Source of the DNA: Myxococcota bacterium
GTDB taxonomy: Bacteria > Myxococcota_A > Bradymonadia > UBA7976 > UBA1532
NCBI GenBank assembly: GCA_036337435.1
Contig: JAYZEG010000083.1
Location: forward strand, 1 to 33,253
DNA: 33,253 nt
Direction: 5' to 3'
Under the pieces are notes generated by a model that saw nothing but the letters and a program-made list of their open reading frames with translations, had not been told where the DNA came from and ran no database searches. The translations under genes were made by a program, and so were the position numbers. Below, in pieces: positions 26,364-33,253 of the stretch; positions within the stretch are counted from its first letter, which is position 1; every line of letters starts with the position of its first letter.

Positions 26364-27521
26364 CTATGGGCGTTCGGACTCATTCTCGGTTGTCTCAACA
26401 GACTCCGCTGGTGCCGTTTCTGCATCGTCAGTGATACTGGGCCGGTTACAGGCTTGATGAGCGGGTGACCCTTCGTCCCCGAAACGGTTGACGTCGCTAC
26501 ATGCCAGGGGCTCCAGACACGTCGAACCTCGTGCCGTTTCTACACACCGTGAGACACAGACACCCGTCTCTTCTTCATAGCCCAAGTTCGACATGGCGAT
26601 ACAGATGGTTGTCGAGGTATAGGGTTGCTGCGAATCTGGGCATAAACGGTCGCAGCCGAGGGAACAGACACCGGCTTGTTCAGCATCGTCGCCCTCGGTC
26701 AGCGCAATACACACGGCCCCTCGATACCCGCAGTCGTCCGCCGATTCGCATGGACCGCCGATCCATCTATGATTTGGTCGATTTTTAAGCAATTGCCTAG
26801 AGAACCGCCGCATGACGTTCCAATAGAGCCAGTTACCTCCCGTGCCCGGGAGAACCCAGGGTGTGTATGTGTAAAGTGCTGCTGTCGCTCGATTACTCGG
26901 GACGATCAGCTCTTCATCGGAGGTTCGCTTTCCTTGGTTGACAGACCAGCCACTGACCGTCACGCCACGTCTGTCCAATTCATCGATGTACGATCTAAAT
27001 AACCGCCCAGCACAATCGATTTGCTCGAACAGGCCGAGACGTCCGCGTCGACAGCTTGGATCACCATCGTGACACCCGCAGCCCATGGCCCGATCCAGCA
27101 GGAATTGCCCTGGTGCTTCTGTTTTAAATATCAAGCTGCTTTCAACTTGTAGTTTCACCAAGAGCACCAACGGGTTTATGCGATGTGTATTCGCAGAATC
27201 CACCAACTTTTGCGCCACGGTGACTCCGTTTTCAGCGTAGCTCGCCAAAAAACTGGCGTGTCCATAGGGTGTTAACTCCAAAAATTTTTGAATGTCCGCC
27301 TGATTAATAAAGTTTGCATCCTCGAAAACATCGTCGCTCATAATGAGGTTATGATTGAAAGTGTATCCGTCGGCTTTTCCGGCCTCGGTTGGCGTGAGGT
27401 CTGCAGCGACTGGATGGGTTTCGTCGGGGGATAATACGGGGTCTGAACAGGCATATAAGCCCAAGACGCAAGCGAACAGCCAGCTCTTTGTTGTAAAGCT
27501 GATGTCTCGCTTGCACCGCAT
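26364..27521 (-). CDS. Lipoprotein with lysozyme-like (putative peptidoglycan hydrolase) domain and C-terminal Cys-rich domain
   Basis: Lipobox LYAC; GKAD; IMSD..F...IQ.FL, INP.VLLVKLQVESSL, A.GCGC.D, N.ATAALYTYTP.V and GN; IGGPC....DC.....C and C...C...CPD at the C-terminus. Confidence 0.6.
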   Translation of the reverse strand: MRCKRDISFTTKSWLFACVLGLYACSDPVLSPDETHPVAADLTPTEAGKADGYTFNHNLIMSDDVFEDANFINQADIQKFLELTPYGHASFLASYAENGVTVAQKLVDSANTHRINPLVLLVKLQVESSLIFKTEAPGQFLLDRAMGCGCHDGDPSCRRGRLGLFEQIDCAGRLFRSYIDELDRRGVTVSGWSVNQGKRTSDEELIVPSNRATAALYTYTPWVLPGTGGNWLYWNVMRRFSRQLLKNRPNHRWIGGPCESADDCGYRGAVCIALTEGDDAEQAGVCSLGCDRLCPDSQQPYTSTTICIAMSNLGYEEETGVCVSRCVETARGSTCLEPLACSDVNRFGDEGSPAHQACNRPSITDDAETAPAESVETTENESERP

Positions 27522-27606
27522 TTAACCCCCCAAGAGCTCACGTTCTTCTGCGCGGCGAATCATACATCGTTCGATGTGGAAATACCAGTCCTGCAGTCGG
27601 TTTCGG

Positions 27607-28236
27607 TCAGTAAAGAACCGGCTCAGCATCGAGATGACGCCACAGATACCAGACCGCAACCGTTCGAAATGGCCTCCACGGTGCCGCGTACTCGGTCAAC
27701 TGTTCTGATGTCAAGCGATCGCCATTAGCGTAGAGGCTTTCGATACATCGCACGATGCCGATATCCCCTAGTGGGAGAATATCTGGCCTCATGAGCGTGA
27801 AAATGAGCATCATTTCCGCGGTCCATGGGCCGATTCCACGCAGCGTACATAACTCTTTGATGACGGCCTCGTCACTCAGCTCAGCCCAATTCTGCTCTGC
27901 CAGCCAATCGCCGCGCTCTGCAAGGTGCTGAATGTACTCGACCTTTCTGCCCGACAGTCCAACCGCTCTCAGTTCGTCAGTTTCTCTCGATAGGACTCGA
28001 CCGGGCACGACTTCACCCACGACGGTCACAAAGCGGCTCCAAATCGCATCCGCAGCTTTTGCTGAAATTTGTTGCCCGACGATTGCTCTTGTCAGCGTCT
28101 CAAAGAGCCGTCCATGGGATCGCAGGGGCGGTTCTTCGTAGGTGTCGATGAGGTCAGCCATCACTGCGTCGACGGCTCTCAGGTGGGTTTTCGCATCAGC
28201 CCAATAGGGTGGGGAGCCGGTGGCTATTCTTGTCAT
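27607..28236 (-). CDS. alkA: DNA-3-methyladenine glycosylase II (HhH-GPD)
   Basis: L.RAIVGQQIS..AA, GLS.RK..YI, HhH motif L.GIGPWTAEM, RPD.LP.GD and W.P.R..A..YLW. Confidence 0.92.
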   Translation of the reverse strand: MTRIATGSPPYWADAKTHLRAVDAVMADLIDTYEEPPLRSHGRLFETLTRAIVGQQISAKAADAIWSRFVTVVGEVVPGRVLSRETDELRAVGLSGRKVEYIQHLAERGDWLAEQNWAELSDEAVIKELCTLRGIGPWTAEMMLIFTLMRPDILPLGDIGIVRCIESLYANGDRLTSEQLTEYAAPWRPFRTVAVWYLWRHLDAEPVLY

Positions 28237-28348
28237 CGTGTTATCATCCGTTGCGGCGCGTTTGAAGGTCCTTTCGTCAACACAGTGATGTGTTGGCGGG
28301 CATGGCGGTCACTTGGCCCGGGCCGTAAATGCTTGTAGGCTTGTGTCT

Positions 28349-29101
28349 ATGAACCCGGCTTCTCTCATCAGTACGATTGTCGCGGTGCTTCTCTGGATTC
28401 TCAGTGGAGCCGTTTTTCTCATCCTCGGCAGCCTCTATCTTGCGCTGTCTTTCATCGTGAAGCCCCGTATGATTCATCAGATTACCAGGGGAGTCTGTCG
28501 AATTCTTCTGGTCTGTGCAGGGCAACGTTTGGTCATCAGAGGTCGATTTCCCGATGTGAAATCAAAGGCGTACATCTATGTATTTAATCACAATTCGATG
28601 TTGGACACCTTCATCATGATGGCCGTTCTTCCAGAATTTACGGCTGCTGTCGGTAAGAAGGAGCAGTTTTCGGTGCCCATTTGGGGGGCGATTCTCAGAC
28701 GTTTTGGTGCTGTTCCCCTTGACCGGCGGAATCGTGAGGCCGCCATCGCGAGTATGGATGCTATCGGCCGATCATTTGCCGACGGGCTTTCTCTGCTTGT
28801 GTCACCGGAAGGCACGCGGAGTCGGACCGGGGAGTTAGGCACCTTTAAGAAGGGGCCGTTTCATTTGGCCGTGCGTCATCAAGTCCCCGTCATTCCAACG
28901 GTCATTCATGGTGCGTTTAATTCGAAACGAAAGGGGGATTGGCGCATTTTCCCCAATCGCATTCAGATCGAAGTATGTCCACCGATTAGTCCAGAGCCAA
29001 GGGAGTATGGTGAGGCTGTTGAAGGCATACGTCACACCGTCCGAGGGGTATTTATCAACCGATTAGAGCGACAGAGAATCGCCTCATGTCGTGTTTCATA
29101 A
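28349..29101 (+). CDS. plsC: 1-acyl-sn-glycerol-3-phosphate acyltransferase
   Basis: N-terminal TM; NHNSMLD (HX4D), K.E.F..P, DR.N, PEGTRS and FKKG.F.LA. ORF is open from 28313. Confidence 0.9.
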   Translation: MNPASLISTIVAVLLWILSGAVFLILGSLYLALSFIVKPRMIHQITRGVCRILLVCAGQRLVIRGRFPDVKSKAYIYVFNHNSMLDTFIMMAVLPEFTAAVGKKEQFSVPIWGAILRRFGAVPLDRRNREAAIASMDAIGRSFADGLSLLVSPEGTRSRTGELGTFKKGPFHLAVRHQVPVIPTVIHGAFNSKRKGDWRIFPNRIQIEVCPPISPEPREYGEAVEGIRHTVRGVFINRLERQRIASCRVS

Positions 29102-29578
29102 GATTGGAGATCGGTCGGGTAAAACAGAAGTGACGTGTTTTGGCCAAGCATTGTTGAGGTGACCGTCGGCGTATCGTGCGCAGCCGAGAATCTGCCGGCC
29201 GTAGGTCACAATGCAGTCACCGTCGCTTAAGTCTGGTTGCTCGATTTGTATGGCTTTTCGGCGTACATAGTCGGCTAACTGTCCGCGATTCAAATCAATT
29301 ATATTACGCCGCGCATGTGCGCCGAAACGTTGGAGGAAGATGCTGGTCGGTTTACCTCGCGGTGGATCCCTACGCATAACCATCATACCGAAGGAGACGA
29401 GACAGCCCAGAACGAAAGGTTCGTTTTCACGGGGGGCGATCCAAACTTCGGTCTGACCAACCTTCTGCCAGAAGCGGTAGTCGCGAAAGGTGTTTGGATT
29501 CATGTCGAAGCGCCAGTGGCACCACGCTGGGACCAGGTCTTGATTTGGGTGAAGTCTAAATTCGACGGAGTTTCGCAA
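29096..29578 (-). CDS. Nip7-like pre-PUA/PUA protein (partner of the m5C methyltransferase)
   Basis: TTG at 29578 with GGAGG 8 nt upstream, inside the 3' end of the methyltransferase; W...RF.....F....FW.K....W, G....R.....KPT...QRFG.HA..N.IDL and G...V.....LG...Y..G.L....PK. ORF is open from 29635. Confidence 0.65.
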   Translation of the reverse strand: MRNSVEFRLHPNQDLVPAWCHWRFDMNPNTFRDYRFWQKVGQTEVWIAPRENEPFVLGCLVSFGMMVMRRDPPRGKPTSIFLQRFGAHARRNIIDLNRGQLADYVRRKAIQIEQPDLSDGDCIVTYGRQILGCARYADGHLNNAWPKHVTSVLPDRSPIL

Positions 29579-30491
29579 TGAAGAATCCTCCGGTGTCATT
29601 GTGGTGTGGCCAAAGTCGAATTGCATTGCAGACATCGTCTCGATATCGGTGGGAGCCCCATTGTGTCGTGCCGGCTTCCGTTTTCAGGGGTGGGGGGACA
29701 TGGATGGGGTCGATGATCGCTTGTTCTGTTGAAATTCGATCCAAAACGCCTTCATTTTCTTCGGGAGCATAGGTGCACGTCGAGTAGACGACAAACCCAC
29801 CAGGCTTGACCATGTCCAGTGCTTTGCGGAGCAAGGCGACCTGCACTTGGGCCACCGTATCTCTTTCCTTTTCAGTAATCAGTTGAGAGCGAGCCTGTGC
29901 TTTTCGGGATGTGCCCTCACAGGTGCACGGTGCGTCAACTAAGATTCGGTCAAATGGTTTCAGTGGCCGCTTTAAGCGGAGGCCATCGTCATGGTTTACG
30001 GTGACACAGGTAATGCCGAGGCGATTCAGATTCCAGCGTAAGCCACCGATACGGCCGTGCTTTTTCTCATTGGCGAGCAATTGACCTTGATCTTTCATAC
30101 CAATGGCCATTCTCACGGTTTTGCCGCCGGGGGCAGCGCACATATCTAATACGCGTTCGCCCGGCTGCGCGCCCACTAAGTCAGCGGCCAAGATCGAGGC
30201 CTCTTCCTGTACATAAACTTCGCCGATAAGATGTAGGAGCCATCGGCCCGGTTGGCTGTCTGATGGGAGTCGCCACCCATTGCTCGTCCAACCCAACCGC
30301 TTGGCTTGTGGACATAGTTGCATTATGTCCGCCTCGATTTCCTGGACAGACCGCTTGAGTGGATTAGCCCAGACCACCCGGGGTAAAGGTTTGGCGGACG
30401 CCTCTATGAACGCCGTATAGTCATCCACGAGTGCCTGATAACGGGTCAGTTTCTGCACGCGGGCCGATCCTCTTTTACGCTCGCGACTCAT
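29556..30491 (-). CDS. RsmB/NOP2 family RNA cytosine-C5 methyltransferase (stand-alone catalytic domain, Trm4/RsmF-like)
   Basis: YVQEEAS, DMCAAPGGKT (motif I), DRILVDAPC (motif IV), VYSTCT..PEENE (motif VI) and PHHNDTGGFF.AK. Confidence 0.93.
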   Translation of the reverse strand: MSRERKRGSARVQKLTRYQALVDDYTAFIEASAKPLPRVVWANPLKRSVQEIEADIMQLCPQAKRLGWTSNGWRLPSDSQPGRWLLHLIGEVYVQEEASILAADLVGAQPGERVLDMCAAPGGKTVRMAIGMKDQGQLLANEKKHGRIGGLRWNLNRLGITCVTVNHDDGLRLKRPLKPFDRILVDAPCTCEGTSRKAQARSQLITEKERDTVAQVQVALLRKALDMVKPGGFVVYSTCTYAPEENEGVLDRISTEQAIIDPIHVPPPLKTEAGTTQWGSHRYRDDVCNAIRLWPHHNDTGGFFIAKLRRI

Positions 30492-30612
30492 TTTTGATAT
30501 ACGAATCCCGTGACCGCAACGCTAATCGTCCGAGTATGGGGTCTATATGACTACAGCAGGGCGGATTGTCCGCCCACACTGCGCCGCACCGCGCCGGTAG
30601 GCCGATGCTTGA

Positions 30613-30636
30613 TTTCATCCACCTCAGTGGACGAAA
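30613..30636 (-). terminator. 10-bp hairpin just downstream of the RRM gene
   Basis: Minus strand TTTCGTCCAC-TGAG-GTGGATGAAA, 5 nt after the stop codon; no U-tract, so it may be a stabiliser rather than an intrinsic terminator. Confidence 0.4.
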
Positions 30637-30641
30637 GTGAT

Positions 30642-30935
30642 TTAGTTGCGTCCGAAGGAACGGCGACCGCCGCCGCCGCCACCGCCGCGCTGCTCGCGTG
30701 CAATGTCGACCCGGATGGTGCGTCCATCGAGTTCGCTATTTGAAAGTTGGTCAACGGCTGCTTGGGCACCTTCTTCGCTGGTGTAGGTTACGAAGCCGAA
30801 CCCGCGTGAACGACCACTCTCGCGATCCGTAATAACCTTTGCTTCGACAACTTCTCCACAGCTCTCAAATGCCGTGCGAAGTGAATCGTCAGTCGTGGCC
30901 CATGCCAAACCACCTACAAATACCTTGGAACTCAT
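30642..30935 (-). CDS. Single-RRM glycine-rich RNA-binding protein
   Basis: RNP2 VFVGGL, RNP1 RGFGFVTY, LDGR.IRV and a GGGGGGGRR tail; AAGGA RBS. Confidence 0.95.
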   Translation of the reverse strand: MSSKVFVGGLAWATTDDSLRTAFESCGEVVEAKVITDRESGRSRGFGFVTYTSEEGAQAAVDQLSNSELDGRTIRVDIAREQRGGGGGGGRRSFGRN

Positions 30936-31168
30936 TCTGCTCTGTCCTTATGGCAAGCTGTCTTGCCTGATACGTTTCTCTTCGATCGCCCTAAGCAGAA
31001 AAACCCAGAGCGTCGTTGTCTCTTTAGCCCACTCTCAAGGGAGCTGAGAAGTGAAATCAGTGATCCATGTCGTTTTTTTTAAAAATTGGGGTGTTTTTCA
31101 GCGAAATTTGTTTTTTGTTCGGGTTCGATCAGTGACAAACGAGAGTGTCTTTACTGGTCGACGGTCTC

Positions 31169-31591
31169 TCAGCGTTGATTTGGATCAGACCCACTGTGGT
31201 ACAACCACCGTCCATTGACCTGTCTGAAAAGACTCTTTTCTGTCATTTTGACGGCGCGTCCATCCTGTTCCAAGTGGGCATCAAATGTGACCCAGGCGCG
31301 CATGTCGGACCGTTCCTGTTCACCGATACTCAGTCCCTTGAATTTCGTCGACCTAGCAAAATCTCTCAGTTCCGTTAGCCAGGTTAAATGGTCGTTTCGC
31401 CAATGCGGTCCTGTTTTGTCCGTTGTCTTGATGATGTAGTCCAATATCCCCAGCGCATACGCGCAGTATCGGGAACGCATCAGTTGCAGGGGGATAAGGG
31501 GGTCTTTACCGCGATGAAAGGGACCACAGCAACGCTTGTATTTTAGCCCACTGTGGCATGCGCACTTTGAATTAGCGGAGGCCTTTGCCAT
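31169..31591 (-). CDS. ychJ: YchJ family SEC-C motif protein
   Basis: C.C.SG..Y..CC.PFH, LMRSRY.AY, YI..T, V.F.A and E.S.F....GRW.Y..G. Confidence 0.9.
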   Translation of the reverse strand: MAKASANSKCACHSGLKYKRCCGPFHRGKDPLIPLQLMRSRYCAYALGILDYIIKTTDKTGPHWRNDHLTWLTELRDFARSTKFKGLSIGEQERSDMRAWVTFDAHLEQDGRAVKMTEKSLFRQVNGRWLYHSGSDPNQR

Positions 31592-31628
31592 GGCTTATTT
31601 GTGTCCAAGGGGCATGATAGGGCACCCC

Positions 31629-32999
31629 TCACTGGATTATGGGAAACCGAATTGGAGCATCGAATATGATATGGGGAAAACGAATACCGCGCAGAATGAC
31701 TTGGTTTTGATTCAGACGGCCGCGGGAGCTGAGGGTATTTGTCCATGAAAAAGAAGAACCATCGATTCCGATACCCTGTTTTTGAATGCTGGTGATAGCC
31801 AAGCTTTGCGTTGTTTCGACGCACCCCACGTCGACACTCCGCATTTTGACCGCGGGTCCATCGACGGCACGCAATGTGCCTTCGTAGCTTAAGAATTCGA
31901 CCACACGACCATTGGGATCGATGAGTGCGAAGCCATCAGCGCCACCGTTTTGGAGGTTGGGGATATCGAACCACAGCGCCCCAAACCCTAATCCTTCGTC
32001 GTCGATACGACCTTCAAGCCCGACTTCCGCGTAAACACGCCCGTCTCGACCGTTGTATAAAATGAGGGTCCAGCCCACCAAACGGGTTCCGGCTTTTCCG
32101 GCGATCTCGATCCCCTCATTTGCATCGTCGCCACTGTTCTCGTAATGAAATTCGTTAATCCACGGTTGGACCTCTGATGGGTCGAAGATACTGAAATCAA
32201 AGTTAGGCAAATCATCGTCTGCATCAAAGATGGCTGCGACCCATTCCGGGTGGTCCACGAACGGATTTCGGTTGCCTTGAAGTTCGAACACGCGTTCATT
32301 TCGCAATCGCTCGCGGTCATCTACAGGGTCAAGTTCATGCCACTGGCGGAGCCGCGACAAACGCCCCATACAATTGCATCCAGCCTCAACGCCCCATTCG
32401 ACCAAGCGTAAATCTGGTTCGTCAGCGAAGTCGCCCTCATATCTCACATCCATATAGAACAAGGCTCGAGCGACGTCGCCTTTTTGGTGATCTGGAGGCT
32501 CCCAGGCGCGTGCTGAGAAAAACGAATCGGGTGATTCACGGTGGCTGTTACAATCGCCGGTGCACTCATCAAAAGGCTTGTTACTGCGGGCCGAATTAAC
32601 ATTGGCATCGCATGCGAAAATATGGTGCAGGTCGGTGTACGCGGGGGTCGAATGCGCTGCACCTAGCGAAACCGGCCAAACATGCTCTCGATTGTAGCCA
32701 GGCCAATCGTCCTTGGCCGCTGTGGCATCCGAGTAGATCAACTGTACTCGGTCAGGTGCTGTACTGGTTTCATCTAGAAAGTTGATGGCGTCGTGCACAT
32801 CAAATCGCTCGCTGCTGTAAGGAAAAACCTCCTGATTGACAATAATTTCGTGAACTGCGACACGAAGTTGGTGGCCATCCAGGCCAATGGCTGATGCATA
32901 GTAGTTATCCGCTCTATTCGCTTGAGCAATGCCAAGTAGAACAGTCAAGGCACTTATCATCAGGCAAAAAATTGTCAGATTGTGATGCTTGTATTGCAT
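31629..32999 (-). CDS. Secreted endonuclease I (EndA/NucM/Bsn family) with a lamin-tail-like C-terminal domain
   Basis: Signal peptide; YNREHVWP.S, TDLHH, N..RSN.PF, GDVARALFYM.VRY, W...DPVD..E..RN and QGNRNPF.DHP; then WINEFHY.N.G.D..E.IEIAG...LYNG...LQNG..DG. Confidence 0.9.
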   Translation of the reverse strand: MQYKHHNLTIFCLMISALTVLLGIAQANRADNYYASAIGLDGHQLRVAVHEIIVNQEVFPYSSERFDVHDAINFLDETSTAPDRVQLIYSDATAAKDDWPGYNREHVWPVSLGAAHSTPAYTDLHHIFACDANVNSARSNKPFDECTGDCNSHRESPDSFFSARAWEPPDHQKGDVARALFYMDVRYEGDFADEPDLRLVEWGVEAGCNCMGRLSRLRQWHELDPVDDRERLRNERVFELQGNRNPFVDHPEWVAAIFDADDDLPNFDFSIFDPSEVQPWINEFHYENSGDDANEGIEIAGKAGTRLVGWTLILYNGRDGRVYAEVGLEGRIDDEGLGFGALWFDIPNLQNGGADGFALIDPNGRVVEFLSYEGTLRAVDGPAVKMRSVDVGCVETTQSLAITSIQKQGIGIDGSSFSWTNTLSSRGRLNQNQVILRGIRFPHIIFDAPIRFPIIQ

Positions 33000-33190
33000 C
33001 GGAGACCCCTCGTTAATACCGTGTTCGCCCTAGATGACGCGCCCGTCAATCCGGATCTCACACAAAAACAGCACTGAGTTGGCATTTCCTGGTGGACCAT
33101 CATAGACGTACGGTAACCCAAGTGTCTAAAAAAACCTCAGGTGAGCGGACTTATGCTTATTTGGACATGTCATGGACCAGTGCCTCCAAC

Positions 33191-33221
33191 TGGCGATTAC
33201 ACCGGTGGCGCCGTTTTTTTT
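33191..33221 (+). terminator. Possible intrinsic terminator (hairpin + T8)
   Basis: GGCG-a-TTAC-accg-GTGG-CGCC followed by G and TTTTTTTT. Confidence 0.35.
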
Positions 33222-33253
33222 GGACGCATGTCATGTTTGTATTCGATTTGCTT

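Noticed and set aside
30668..30688. (GCC)n microsatellite or phase-variation tract
   Set aside because: It encodes the poly-Gly tail typical of RRM proteins and is in frame.
33000..33150. Glycine riboswitch (GGAGA...CTCAGGT...GGAC)
   Set aside because: No CCGAAG element or compatible stems; the GGAGA lies in the RBS region of the opposite-strand nuclease gene.

Overview
Gene-dense (~31 CDS), roughly 55% GC bacterial chromosomal segment, most likely from a Myxococcota/Bradymonadia-like deltaproteobacterium. This is inferred from MYXO-CTERM-like tails, a GKAD lipoprotein motif, MopE-type Cys/Asp repeats, a DUF1592/DUF1552 pair and a sigma-54 promoter. No rRNA, tRNA, CRISPR array or mobile element was seen. 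Main blocks: (1) a photorepair/flavin block (FeS-type cryptochrome/(6-4) photolyase plus a second photolyase, facing ribA-DUF1295-SDR-membrane protein); (2) a ~10.6 kb run of exported proteins, most Cys-rich, including a clan-CD-protease-like lipoprotein, a temptin-like protein with a CxxCH motif and an alpha/alpha-toroid protein on a Cys-rich stalk; (3) mixed enzymes, including an isoaspartyl peptidase, a circularly permuted NPP/alkaline-phosphatase-family lipoprotein, a lysozyme-like lipoprotein, AlkA and PlsC; (4) a nucleic-acid block: endonuclease I, YchJ, an RRM protein, and a stand-alone NOP2/Trm4-like m5C methyltransferase translationally coupled to a Nip7-like PUA protein of apparently archaeal type. 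All family calls come from motif recognition by eye; no database search was run.
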